The notes: generated from the letters alone by a model not told the origin. A stretch of 64,000 bases of DNA from a virus (IMGVR_UViG_3300030497_000008:97392-161391), one strand, 5' to 3'. Shown: positions 39,766 through 49,158, counted from the stretch's first letter. Numbers and translations are program-made.

Positions 39766-40173
39766 ATGGCGCAACATCCGAATTATCAACCCGCACCTAT
39801 GGGATTACCTTCACTATATACTGATAATGAGAACTACCCTTATAGACTAGCTGTAGACCCACCAACTGAAAAAGACGATTTTATTGACCTTACTGGGAAA
39901 GATGATTTTATTGACATCTCGTTACATGCAGAGACAGCAGGTAAAGCAGATGAGAGTCTTGACGCTATAGCAGTAACTGAGGACTATTGCAAAGTTATCA
40001 ATTTCAATGCATGGTTAAAGCCTCACGATTCTAAGGTCGATGATGCTGATATCCATCTTAAGTTGGTGCGAGAACTGGCTACAGAAACTATCGAAGACTT
40101 AATGGAGTCTGCTGAGTTATCTGAGGTAGAGATAACAAGAGTAACTATCGATACAACGAGATATAAAAATTAA
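39766..40173 (+). CDS. hypothetical protein
   Basis: Strong RBS; KDDFID repeated twice. Confidence 0.7.
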   Translation: MAQHPNYQPAPMGLPSLYTDNENYPYRLAVDPPTEKDDFIDLTGKDDFIDISLHAETAGKADESLDAIAVTEDYCKVINFNAWLKPHDSKVDDADIHLKLVRELATETIEDLMESAELSEVEITRVTIDTTRYKN

Positions 40174-40185
40174 AGGAGGACATTC

Positions 40186-40572
40186 ATGAGTTTATCACAT
40201 GATTACCTATTACTATTTTACTTTGTATTAGCGCAGCTATTAGTAATCTACTTCTGGAATATTAAAGGGCTAATCGATAATGTTAAAGAGATTGAAGAGA
40301 AGGGTGAAACACCACTAACAACGCGTAGTGCGATAGGAGTAGTGCTTTCGTTTATTGTTGAAGCACTTACCTCATTCTTAGTTATCGCAGCACTAGATAC
40401 TGTTGTAGACTTATCGCTAAATGTGTTCGTCACAATCGGTGCGGTAATCTTAGTGACTATTTTAAGAAACATTGTAGCATACCTAGTAATGTACGGTTAC
40501 TGGGGCAGTATTGTTAAAGCCACAGAGAAAAAAGTGAAACAAGAATTGCTGCAAGAAATCGGAGAAGAGTAA
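40186..40572 (+). CDS. membrane protein
   Basis: About 3 TM helices. Confidence 0.75.
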   Translation: MSLSHDYLLLFYFVLAQLLVIYFWNIKGLIDNVKEIEEKGETPLTTRSAIGVVLSFIVEALTSFLVIAALDTVVDLSLNVFVTIGAVILVTILRNIVAYLVMYGYWGSIVKATEKKVKQELLQEIGEE

Positions 40573-40588
40573 AATCTTCTCTTTTTTG

Positions 40589-40626
40589 TTGACTTTTTAT
40601 AAATGCTATATTATACTTAAAGTATA
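40589..40626 (+). promoter_or_regulatory. sigma-A promoter with palindrome at -10 and late-type motif
   Basis: TTGACT-N17-TATACT; TATAC-TTAAA-GTATA; TGCTATATTA overlaps. Confidence 0.75.
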
Positions 40627-40646
40627 ATTTGAAAGGGGAGATAGGT

Positions 40647-40886
40647 ATGGAAACTGATATTAAAGAAGCTATAGTAGAAGACCGAGAGATTAAGTCGAAA
40701 TATAAAATTAAATTTGGAGATAGCCCGTCGCAAGCAGAAATGGGTGAGGATTTCATAGAGCTTATGCGAAAACCTACAGCAGAAGAAGTGCAAACAATCC
40801 TTGACTTACACGGAGCTTCTATGTGTATAGTGGAGGAGATAACATCAGATTCGTGTCTGTATAGATACAATGACGGATGGATGTAG
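40647..40886 (+). CDS. hypothetical protein
   Basis: ORF with RBS. Confidence 0.65.
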   Translation: METDIKEAIVEDREIKSKYKIKFGDSPSQAEMGEDFIELMRKPTAEEVQTILDLHGASMCIVEEITSDSCLYRYNDGWM

Positions 40887-40895
40887 GAGGTAACT

Positions 40896-41522
40896 ATGGA
40901 AATTAAAGAAAGTACAAATGATATTTTTAATCTATCAAACAAAAATATTACATACTATAAGCGTGGGTGCTTATCTGCCGATGGTGAGCCCCATTACATT
41001 GTCGAATTGGTTAAAGAACCTAATAATGTGATTTACGCGGTCGTATATGACGTTCACACGCCTCATCCTAAGGGGCAGGGGTTACAACCTAAAAAGAAAG
41101 CAAAGCGCGTGAAAGAGCATCTAAATAGGTTTAGCACGACAACTCTGCTAGGTCGTATCGCAAATAAAATGGTACGAGCTAAGTATAACGAGAAATGGGT
41201 TGAAGAACCGCCGTTATTTGTAGCTCCTGTTGTTCTAGGCAACTCTACATTAAGTGGGAGACGTGGAGCAGGATTCTATGAACGAGAGAAAGATGAGCTA
41301 AAACCCAAAGCTGGCGAGCTTGTTATGGTTCGAGGAGAGAATACAGGGGTGTTTGTAGCTCTTGATGACATCCACTGGTTCGGAGATTTTTCAGTACCAG
41401 TAGAATCAATTATCAAAGCTATCATTAAAGAGCAAGAACAGAAGAGTGACTTCTACGATTTAACAGGGGATAACGATGACACAAACAATCCTTTATCAAG
41501 ATACTATAAAAATTTGGAGTGA
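40896..41522 (+). CDS. conserved hypothetical protein
   Basis: AGGAGGT RBS. Confidence 0.75.
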   Translation: MEIKESTNDIFNLSNKNITYYKRGCLSADGEPHYIVELVKEPNNVIYAVVYDVHTPHPKGQGLQPKKKAKRVKEHLNRFSTTTLLGRIANKMVRAKYNEKWVEEPPLFVAPVVLGNSTLSGRRGAGFYEREKDELKPKAGELVMVRGENTGVFVALDDIHWFGDFSVPVESIIKAIIKEQEQKSDFYDLTGDNDDTNNPLSRYYKNLE

Positions 41523-41527
41523 TTACG

Positions 41528-41653
41528 ATGAGTCTGAGATGTTTATTAGGTATTCATAAATGGAAGTTAATAGATTCGTATAAAAGTACAACTGTAATCC
41601 TAACTAAAGAAAAGTGTACAAGATGTTCTAAAATAAATATAATTTCTTGGTAG
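41528..41653 (+). CDS. small Cys/His protein (not in track)
   Basis: CLLGIHKW...CTRC. Confidence 0.6.
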   Translation: MSLRCLLGIHKWKLIDSYKSTTVILTKEKCTRCSKINIISW

Positions 41654-41659
41654 AACCAT

Positions 41660-41688
41660 TTGACATAAAGTAAAATAGATGATAGTAT
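41660..41688 (+). promoter_or_regulatory. sigma-A promoter with palindrome at -35
   Basis: TTGACA-N17-TAGTAT; TTGAC-ATAAA-GTAAA. Confidence 0.75.
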
Positions 41689-41709
41689 ACTAATAGGAGG
41701 TGATAATAC

Positions 41710-41883
41710 ATGAATGCTATCTTGAAAGCACAGTTAAGAAACGGTATTGCTTATCTAGAAAGAACTGGTGAACAGCCTAGTTTTGACTGGATGATAGAAG
41801 TAGCAGAACGACATAACTTATCACTAGTAGCTATAAAAACTATTTTCAAAGAATTAGAGGAGGACATGATATGCAATTCTTAA
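41710..41883 (+). CDS. small hypothetical protein (not in track)
   Basis: AGGAGGTGA RBS. Confidence 0.65.
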   Translation: MNAILKAQLRNGIAYLERTGEQPSFDWMIEVAERHNLSLVAIKTIFKELEEDMICNS

Positions 41884-42251
41884 AGGACTTATTCAATTTT
41901 AAAAAGAAACGAAAGGTGTACAACCACCATCCATTCAGAGGGTTTATCTTTCTGGATGAAGGTAAGTACTACGCAGATATCTTTCAAGTAGAGGTAAAGG
42001 AGCGACAGACATTATTCGGTAAAGAAGAGTCGTACATGGAGTATGATATCTACCCAGATGTTCCAATTCCTATTGCTCATAAGAGTGATAAAGGTAATTA
42101 CGGATTACTGTTCCATGCAACTGTACGAGCTGGTGGTTATAAAGATGCTCTACGTAAATTAGCTAACAAAATCGACTGGGATAGAAAGGTTGATAGTGAC
42201 TTCGACTTCGCGGAAGGGTTGCACTACGGTACGGAAGAAGGGGTAAAATGA
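41871..42251 (+). CDS. hypothetical protein
   Basis: ORF with RBS. Confidence 0.7.
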   Translation: MQFLKDLFNFKKKRKVYNHHPFRGFIFLDEGKYYADIFQVEVKERQTLFGKEESYMEYDIYPDVPIPIAHKSDKGNYGLLFHATVRAGGYKDALRKLANKIDWDRKVDSDFDFAEGLHYGTEEGVK

Positions 42252-42979
42252 CAATTAAGTTTTACGAAGAGGATATTAAGCAGCTCATCCTTGAGAAGAA
42301 ACATGTATTCATCAAGGATAAAAATACACAATCCGCAGTACTATTTGAAAAAGGTTTAGATGTAAATAGTGTAATCGCAGACTGTTTAATCTTTACTAGT
42401 GATGGTAATATCATAGGCGTAGAAATTAAGACCGAGCGAGATAGTACAAAGCGATTGAACAAGCAGCTTAAGTCTTATAGCAAAGTATGTGATTATGTGT
42501 ATGTTCTTTGTGAGGACAGGCATGTGGACAAGGTAGAAGATATTTTACATAACTATAATCATGCAGGAGTAGGTATCATTGCCTATACAGAGTTTAAAGG
42601 AGAGCCTATTCTAGGTGTCTATCAAGTAGCTACAAAGTCTCCTACTAAAAGCGTAGTAACAGCCTATATGAGTTTATTCTGGAGAGAAGAACTATTAAAT
42701 ATTGCAGGTTCATTTAAAAGACAAGTTAGTACGTTAGAAGAGAAAGGGCTTAGTGTAGCAAAGGCAGATAGTCGAGGTGCTGTAGGCATGAATGGTTTAC
42801 TTGTTCAGTCATCTGTAAGTAAACGGATGAAGAAGCCTCAGATAGCTAAGACAATCGTTGATAGGTTAGGAGAACATAAAGCAAACCATCTATTGTGCAA
42901 CATTTACATAAATAAGAAGCTTCACCCTGAGAAGAGCCTTCAATATCACCACTTTAAAGGAGATGAGCAGTATAGGTAA
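42248..42979 (+). CDS. PD-(D/E)XK nuclease-like protein (sce7726-like)
   Basis: IADC...GVEIKTERDSTKRLNKQ...Y motif. Confidence 0.7.
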   Translation: MTIKFYEEDIKQLILEKKHVFIKDKNTQSAVLFEKGLDVNSVIADCLIFTSDGNIIGVEIKTERDSTKRLNKQLKSYSKVCDYVYVLCEDRHVDKVEDILHNYNHAGVGIIAYTEFKGEPILGVYQVATKSPTKSVVTAYMSLFWREELLNIAGSFKRQVSTLEEKGLSVAKADSRGAVGMNGLLVQSSVSKRMKKPQIAKTIVDRLGEHKANHLLCNIYINKKLHPEKSLQYHHFKGDEQYR

Positions 42980-43712
42980 GATTATAAACCCCGCTGATAG
43001 GGTGGGACAAGTAGGTACTAATAACTATGGCTCTAAGATGACTGTAATCGAATATAAAGACTATCAGAACGTGACGGTTAGATTTGAGGATGGTTACGTA
43101 GCTACGGGTACATGGCAGCAGTTCCAAAGAGGTGCGATTAAAAGTGTGTATGATAGAAGTGTATCAGGTGTAGGTTATATAGGAGAAGGGGATAACATAA
43201 ACCCAGAAGTGTACAAACATTGGAGAGGTATGCTCACGAGATGCTATGATGACGGTACTAAAGAACGTCAAAAGTCTTATACTAGTTGTGTAGTTGACTC
43301 TGAGTGGCATAACTACCAAAACTTCGCTAATTGGTATAAAACTAATGTGTATTTTGTGGGAAATGATAGATTAGAGCTAGATAAAGACTTATTAGGTAAG
43401 GGTAGTAAAGTATACTCTAAAGATACCTGTCTACTTTTACCTTCTAGGATAAATAAACTATTAATAACGAATGAAAGTAGACGAGGAGATTTACCCGTAG
43501 GTGTTGTCCGTCATCACGGTAAATTTATAGCACAGGTCAGGGTTAATGGTACGAAAAAGTGGTTAGGTACTTTCGATACTCCAGAAGAAGCGAGCAAGGC
43601 ATACGTTTTAGGTAAGGAAGAAGAAGTGAAACGCTTTGCTCATGAGTATAGAGATGTTATACCTACGAAAGTATTTGAAGCGTTAATGAATTATAAACTA
43701 TTATCATTTTAA
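42963..43712 (+). mobile_element. free-standing HNH-AP2 homing endonuclease gene
   Basis: WRGMLTRCY, LDKD..C..N nuclease core, GV..WLGTFDTPEEA AP2 domain. Confidence 0.8.
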
Positions 43713-43726
43713 AGGAGAGGAATAAT

Positions 43727-44296
43727 ATGGCTAGTGAATTTGTTGAATCAATAGCGAAGATTATGGCAAATGTAGATTTACCAGATAAAGGGGATAAAGT
43801 TCGTGTTACTGGTACAGGTAACGATGATTACTTAATGGTAGAGGTTTTTGGAACACAATACGGAGATTTAGATAACTACGAGTACAACTTCATTAAAGTA
43901 GAGAAGTTAAAGAAACAGTTAGAAACTTTAGGATTCCATATTGAAGAACGTTATCTTAAACTACCAGTTAACGTGTATAAAGTTAACGATTGTGATTGGG
44001 TAGCTGCTCGTTGCGAAGGTTCTGCTAAAAAATACTACATGGAAGAGATTCTAGGAGTATATGAAGGTGACACAGCAGGTGTTGAAGACTTTAATGAATA
44101 CTATGAAGGTGAAGTACCACTAACGGATACAATGTGCTTAGGTATCGACGAAGTACCTTTACGTGATATCCAGATGTATAATTTCGAACTAGCAGAAGTA
44201 TATTCAGATAAAGTAGTTAGAGTGCCGTTCTGGTATGTATTACGTGACCACATCTTTGAAGAGCCATTCGTAATCGCATCATCGGAGGCTTGGTAA
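43727..44296 (+). CDS. hypothetical protein
   Basis: Strong RBS. Confidence 0.75.
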   Translation: MASEFVESIAKIMANVDLPDKGDKVRVTGTGNDDYLMVEVFGTQYGDLDNYEYNFIKVEKLKKQLETLGFHIEERYLKLPVNVYKVNDCDWVAARCEGSAKKYYMEEILGVYEGDTAGVEDFNEYYEGEVPLTDTMCLGIDEVPLRDIQMYNFELAEVYSDKVVRVPFWYVLRDHIFEEPFVIASSEAW

Positions 44297-44297
44297 T

Positions 44298-44414
44298 ATG
44301 ACTGCTGAGGAGATAAGACGAAAAATAGAGGTTTACTTTGATGAAATCGATGAGATTCATGTGGAGATTAATAGACTTTCCGAGAAGTTAGACGAAATGG
44401 GAGAAGAGTACTAA
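44298..44414 (+). CDS. small coiled-coil protein (not in track)
   Basis: GGAGG RBS, coupled to next gene. Confidence 0.5.
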   Translation: MTAEEIRRKIEVYFDEIDEIHVEINRLSEKLDEMGEEY

Positions 44415-44629
44415 TGAAGTTAATCCAAAACCAAAAACTATGTAGATACCATGCTAACCAGATGTGGGAAGAATACCCTGACATGACACTTATTATACAG
44501 AATGTAGACAACCCTATTGAGTGTGACGAGTGTGCTAGACAATGGGGAGATTTGTTAGTGGCATTACGTAGACATCCTGAGATAACAATAAAAGATGTAA
44601 ATAGGATGGAGTTTATTAATGAAAGATAG
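44414..44629 (+). CDS. hypothetical protein with CxxH/CxxC
   Basis: Coupled ORF. Confidence 0.65.
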   Translation: MKLIQNQKLCRYHANQMWEEYPDMTLIIQNVDNPIECDECARQWGDLLVALRRHPEITIKDVNRMEFINER

Positions 44630-45125
44630 TACAACAAAGCGCTCAGTATCACGAGGACATGGAGCAAGGGGAACGTCAGGGCTTAATAATAACGGTGCTG
44701 ACGCCCATGCTAATGCCCTTAAGAAGACAACAGGTAAGTTTAGACCATCTTTCGTAGAGATGTATGATAACGTCACTGAGAAGGATATAGAGCTAAAAGA
44801 AACATACGCATTAGACCTATTATCAAAACATATGAACACTCCCAGAGAGATGATTCAATTAGAAGGTAAAAGGAATGGAGAAGTTGTAACTTTAACTTGC
44901 CTTGATGAAGTGTTCTATGTTAAAATAGGTACAAGCGTGGTAGGTAAGATGAGTATTCGTGTTCAGCGCAGCTACAAGTCTCGTAGTTTACTATACATAT
45001 TTCAAGAGAGAGTCCTAAAAGATAAGAAAAAGACTGAACACTATAAGAAGAATACGACATTTAAACAGAAATCAAAAGGAGAGATTGCACATGACAACAG
45101 AAAAATCTACAGAAATAGTAAATAG
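44619..45125 (+). CDS. basic conserved hypothetical protein
   Basis: ORF with RBS. Confidence 0.7.
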   Translation: MKDSTTKRSVSRGHGARGTSGLNNNGADAHANALKKTTGKFRPSFVEMYDNVTEKDIELKETYALDLLSKHMNTPREMIQLEGKRNGEVVTLTCLDEVFYVKIGTSVVGKMSIRVQRSYKSRSLLYIFQERVLKDKKKTEHYKKNTTFKQKSKGEIAHDNRKIYRNSK

Positions 45126-45960
45126 TGGGTTAGCGCAGTTAGATAGTTTGATTCAAAGCGAGGAAAGAAAGATTATCGGTGTTACTTATACGAATGATTT
45201 CTTCTCTAGTAACCCACTAGCACGTGCTCATGTAATGAGTGATAGATTACAAGTAACAGAAGACTCCTTAGAAATTGGATTCTTTATGCGACTAGAGTAT
45301 AACACCCTCCCAGAACTTGAAAATACACTAGAAGTATTAGCTCTTAACGATGCTGGAGACGTAATGGGATACATTGCTGATGGAGAAGTATGGGATAAAC
45401 CTAATTTAGAGGAACGAATCTCGGAGAACTATAGCTTGTTTACAGCCGATGTATTCTTAAAAATGAAAGAACCTAGTGTTACTTTTGAGGAGATTGAGAT
45501 TCTAAATAAAGTCTACACACTTGCAGCAGTAACACATAAGATTGTATTAGACGAAGATGCATTCTTTGAACAAACGATTAAACTATTATTCGGATATGAA
45601 GGTCAGCTAACAATTTTGTCAGATTTTGCGAATAAAGAAGAATCAAATATGTTAGGTGGAGAGATGTTAAAGGTTATTCGATTACTAGAGAACGATAACG
45701 TATTAGGTAAAGCCATTACAGGGGCGGTATATCATCATGCGTACGGGCATAGCGTAGTCTCTACAAATAACGAAATGATTAAAATCTTTAGTACTCCATC
45801 AGGAATCTATCTAGCAGGTGACGAATCAGAGATTTTTGTGGCAAATAGGTTCTTTGATTGCGCTAGTGCGACAGTAGATTTACAAGATACTGATAATACT
45901 CGTAGAATCGCTTTCAACGGTGCTTCTGATGATGAATTAGAAATCTTTATCGAAATTTAA
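45091..45960 (+). CDS. conserved hypothetical protein
   Basis: AAAGGAG RBS. Confidence 0.75.
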   Translation: MTTEKSTEIVNSGLAQLDSLIQSEERKIIGVTYTNDFFSSNPLARAHVMSDRLQVTEDSLEIGFFMRLEYNTLPELENTLEVLALNDAGDVMGYIADGEVWDKPNLEERISENYSLFTADVFLKMKEPSVTFEEIEILNKVYTLAAVTHKIVLDEDAFFEQTIKLLFGYEGQLTILSDFANKEESNMLGGEMLKVIRLLENDNVLGKAITGAVYHHAYGHSVVSTNNEMIKIFSTPSGIYLAGDESEIFVANRFFDCASATVDLQDTDNTRRIAFNGASDDELEIFIEI

Positions 45961-45994
45961 TGATTTTAGGTATTTTAAATACTTTTTTAATTAC

Positions 45995-46030
45995 AAAAAG
46001 CTCTACTATCTTGTGGGGTTTTTTGTTTTG
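45995..46030 (+). terminator. intrinsic terminator
   Basis: AGCTCTAC/GTGGGGTT stem (G-U pairs) followed by T run. Confidence 0.55.
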
Positions 46031-46281
46031 GTTAAAACGCTTTTGTTTACGATTATCTTAAACGGTTTGTTTTTGTACAAGAAATATAGAATAACCTCGA
46101 TTCTAAAAAGTACACAACCTAGAGAATAAATGGACATTTTTCATGAAAATTCGGAAAAGTAGGTTGCATTTACTATATTATACATAGAAGGTAAAAAGCC
46201 CATTAAATCAATGTTTTTAATGAGAAATCCCCTATGCAAGATATACGTAAAACTAAAACTATTAGAAAAGAGGACGAACAA

Positions 46282-46977
46282 ATGAGTAAAGATAAAAAAC
46301 AATTAGTAGCAGGAAGCGTGTTAGTACAGCTTTATAAGAATAAGAAGTTATGTACAAAGGTAGATAACATGCTTGACGAAGGTAAAACATATGAATATAT
46401 TATCGAATTCTGTAAGGAGCAAGACTTCTCAATCTCTAAATCTTCTTTAACAAACTATAAGAAGAAACGTGAGGAAGCGATTGAGCTAGGCGTTCCATTA
46501 ATTACTTTACTAGATAAACGTGCAAAAGATAACGTTACATACATATCTGAGAAACGTGTAGAACTATTTAATGAACAACAAACAGCAGCAGCTAATCCTA
46601 TCGGAGCAGTTGATACAGTAAATAAAGTATTCAATGATATCGAGTTCTTAGATGAAGTTATCCAAAAAGGTTTCAGAGGTCTAGAAGAGTTTGACATTGT
46701 AGATATCCCATTAGCAATGAAAGCAATGGAGATTAAAGCGAAGATTACGAATAATGCTCTAGGCGGTTTAAGTGTATCAGCGCTTAAAGAGATGGCTATT
46801 AAGGTAAGAGCGAAGGAATCCGCGCTTACAGAAGTGGTTATGAAATATGTATCAGAAGACAAACATGACCAGCTATTCGCAGACCTACAGGCAGCAGAGC
46901 AAGAATTCTATGCGAACTTAGACTTAACAGAAGAAGATAAGAAAATCAAAGAAGCTATGCAAGCATTCGGAATTTAA
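46282..46977 (+). CDS. DUF3486/Mu gp27-like protein (candidate terminase small subunit)
   Basis: N-terminal HTH LDEGKTYEYII...ISKSSLTNY followed by helices; late-type motif upstream. Confidence 0.45.
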   Translation: MSKDKKQLVAGSVLVQLYKNKKLCTKVDNMLDEGKTYEYIIEFCKEQDFSISKSSLTNYKKKREEAIELGVPLITLLDKRAKDNVTYISEKRVELFNEQQTAAANPIGAVDTVNKVFNDIEFLDEVIQKGFRGLEEFDIVDIPLAMKAMEIKAKITNNALGGLSVSALKEMAIKVRAKESALTEVVMKYVSEDKHDQLFADLQAAEQEFYANLDLTEEDKKIKEAMQAFGI

Positions 46978-46988
46978 GGAGAGATAAA

Positions 46989-47492
46989 ATGAGTATACCA
47001 ATTACAGATACTTCCTATGAGAAGTTAGCCTACGAGAGACTGAGTACCCTTGATGAGAGGGTACAAGCTCTTCTAGATGGAAAGACTATCATTATACGAG
47101 AGTTTGAGAAGTTTGAAGGAGCAGATGTTGTCGTTAGACTTAATCGTGATGAAGTAAGAGGATACGCACTTACACAGATTAGTTACGATATTGCTAGAGA
47201 TAAAGATGAGAAACGATTCTGGAGAACATTTAATGTAGGGTTACTAGACTTAGCGGTACTAGACGTATACGTAGTAACTGATAATACCGTGTTCCTAGAG
47301 ACAAATAAATACAAGATAGGAGATATCGTAGAGTATGTATCAGAGGAGGGTGGTAAGGACGTAGCTCTCATTATAGGAATCTACCGAAGTAAAGACCCTA
47401 ATACACCGAACACATACGCATATCAACTATCACGTGAACCTAACTTCCTATATAAAGAGGATGTGGTCACACCATCTAAAGGACGAATTTAA
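46989..47492 (+). CDS. conserved hypothetical protein (SH3/KOW-like C-terminus)
   Basis: YKIGDIVEY motif. Confidence 0.7.
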   Translation: MSIPITDTSYEKLAYERLSTLDERVQALLDGKTIIIREFEKFEGADVVVRLNRDEVRGYALTQISYDIARDKDEKRFWRTFNVGLLDLAVLDVYVVTDNTVFLETNKYKIGDIVEYVSEEGGKDVALIIGIYRSKDPNTPNTYAYQLSREPNFLYKEDVVTPSKGRI

Positions 47493-47508
47493 TTTCGTTC
47501 TTTTTTTT
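47479..47508 (+). terminator. intrinsic terminator
   Basis: AGGACGAA/TTCGTTCT stem followed by T run. Confidence 0.75.
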
Positions 47509-47518
47509 ATTTTATGTG

Positions 47519-47547
47519 TTGACTTTAAGTAAAACGCATGATAAGAT
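47519..47547 (+). promoter_or_regulatory. sigma-A promoter with palindrome at -35
   Basis: TTGACT-N17-TAAGAT; near-copy of the 20780 promoter. Confidence 0.8.
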
Positions 47548-47577
47548 TAAGACAAGTTAAAGAGAGGAGGAGTTATA

Positions 47578-47808
47578 ATGACAGTAGTATTTAATAAAGC
47601 AGCACGTGAAATAAACATAACGGGTACAGACTATAGCGATATCGACATCAGTTATAATGGTAAACTTGCTGGAGATGACTTTTTAATTGAGTTACAGAAT
47701 TATCACGATATGAACTATGTTAACGCACCGATTGCTAGAGAGGATATTCCTAAAATCATAGAATATCTTTGCTACCTGTATAACTATCAAGGAGAACCTG
47801 ATAACTAA
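47578..47808 (+). CDS. hypothetical protein
   Basis: Strong RBS. Confidence 0.7.
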   Translation: MTVVFNKAAREINITGTDYSDIDISYNGKLAGDDFLIELQNYHDMNYVNAPIAREDIPKIIEYLCYLYNYQGEPDN

Positions 47809-47822
47809 AAGGAGGAAACTAA

Positions 47823-48401
47823 ATGGGACAAGTTATTAACCTATTAACGGATTTTGAGGAAGAAAAGGTGGTTGTGACCGATAAGATTGTGAAGCCGCCT
47901 AAAGGCTCTAGAGTACCTTTAACACCAGAACAAGAACAAGGCGTAGTTAAGATGTACAAGAATGGTGCTAAGGTAGAGGACATTAAAGAAAAGTTTAAAA
48001 TTGCTACTGGAAGGGTTTATCGTATTCTACGACGTAACAATGTAGAACGTCGATTACCGCAGTACAGCAGCGAAGGCGTATCACGAATGCTCACGTTAAC
48101 AGATTGGGAGAAAAAGAATATCGTAGATGACTACATTCGTAAAGTTCCTATTCTAGAAATCATGGGCAAATACGGTATCAATAAACCAACGCTGTACTAT
48201 GTATTAGATGAGCGACAAATTACTCGTCAAACAGAGAAGGACGATGAAGAAGAGGTTCAGGTATCTCCAACTAAAGCATTCACGAGTGGACAAGCTGCTA
48301 TTAACGAAATAGATTCATACATACAGGATAGAACGCTATACATACGAGTACATAAAAGTAAGAAAGAAATTGATAAAGTGCAAATCGAATACTTAAAATA
48401 A
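47823..48401 (+). CDS. tandem helix-turn-helix DNA-binding protein
   Basis: Two Hin-like HTH repeats (IATGRVYRIL / INKPTLYYVL). Confidence 0.75.
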   Translation: MGQVINLLTDFEEEKVVVTDKIVKPPKGSRVPLTPEQEQGVVKMYKNGAKVEDIKEKFKIATGRVYRILRRNNVERRLPQYSSEGVSRMLTLTDWEKKNIVDDYIRKVPILEIMGKYGINKPTLYYVLDERQITRQTEKDDEEEVQVSPTKAFTSGQAAINEIDSYIQDRTLYIRVHKSKKEIDKVQIEYLK

Positions 48402-48404
48402 TGT

Positions 48405-48433
48405 TTGACAAAAAGTAAAATAGGTGATACTAT
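48405..48433 (+). promoter_or_regulatory. sigma-A promoter with palindrome at -35
   Basis: TTGACA-N17-TACTAT; TTGAC-AAAAA-GTAAA. Confidence 0.75.
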
Positions 48434-48464
48434 AAAGGTAAGATAAAACAAGGGGGAGAAACAA

Positions 48465-48695
48465 ATGGATTATGTAAGACAAGTAATCGATGAGTTGGAT
48501 ACAAAGTATGGTGATTACGGAGATTGGAGTAAAACTTCTGTATTAGGAGAGTTGTTATCTATCTTAGACTACGAACACATCGAATTTGATGAGTATAGAA
48601 CTATCGACGAGATTGATTTCCTTATAGATAAATACGAGAAATACGGCGACTGGTCTAAGGTAGCGGTATTAGGTGAAGTAAGAGGCGCGCTATAG
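48465..48695 (+). CDS. hypothetical protein with internal duplication
   Basis: KYxxYGDWSKxxVLGE occurs twice. Confidence 0.7.
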   Translation: MDYVRQVIDELDTKYGDYGDWSKTSVLGELLSILDYEHIEFDEYRTIDEIDFLIDKYEKYGDWSKVAVLGEVRGAL

Positions 48696-48877
48696 TGACT
48701 ATATTCATGAAGGATTTGCCTAAGACACAGAAGGCGAACAGGAAATACAACAAGATAGTCATCAGAAAACGACACACTCAAGATTTACTTGTCAGTCATC
48801 AAGAACTTCAATGGTTTGTCGATAAAATAAAAGAACTCGAAACAGAGTTAGTGAAGACAAAGAGAGGGGAATTATAA
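48695..48877 (+). CDS. hypothetical protein
   Basis: Coupled ORF. Confidence 0.55.
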   Translation: MTIFMKDLPKTQKANRKYNKIVIRKRHTQDLLVSHQELQWFVDKIKELETELVKTKRGEL

Positions 48878-49158
48878 TGGCAGTACAACGTACAGGTTGG
48901 GAACATCATGATTTTCATGAAAGTATTAGAGGATTTAGCATCTCGCAGCTTCTAGATAAGTATGTAGAACTTGATAAAGAATTAAATTCGCAAGCAGGTA
49001 TATTTTTGAAGGTACTAAATGCGAACCCAAATATGTCGGAAGACGATAAAGAAGCTCTAACGTTTGAATGTACCTTATTAACAGAAAGAAAGCTTATTGC
49101 GGCAGAGGGAATTGTTAAAATTATGTTAGGTGAATCTAAGAGGGGGAATGTAAAATGA
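48877..49158 (+). CDS. hypothetical protein
   Basis: Coupled ORF. Confidence 0.65.
   Translation: MAVQRTGWEHHDFHESIRGFSISQLLDKYVELDKELNSQAGIFLKVLNANPNMSEDDKEALTFECTLLTERKLIAAEGIVKIMLGESKRGNVK

Noticed and set aside
39860-41470. Shared DFxDLT motif in the 39766 and 40896 proteins
   Set aside because: Too short and compositionally biased to support a common docking motif.
46136-46160. Overlapping CodY-like boxes
   Set aside because: Each has 4 mismatches to AATTTTCWGAAAATT in very AT-rich DNA; not distinguishable from chance.
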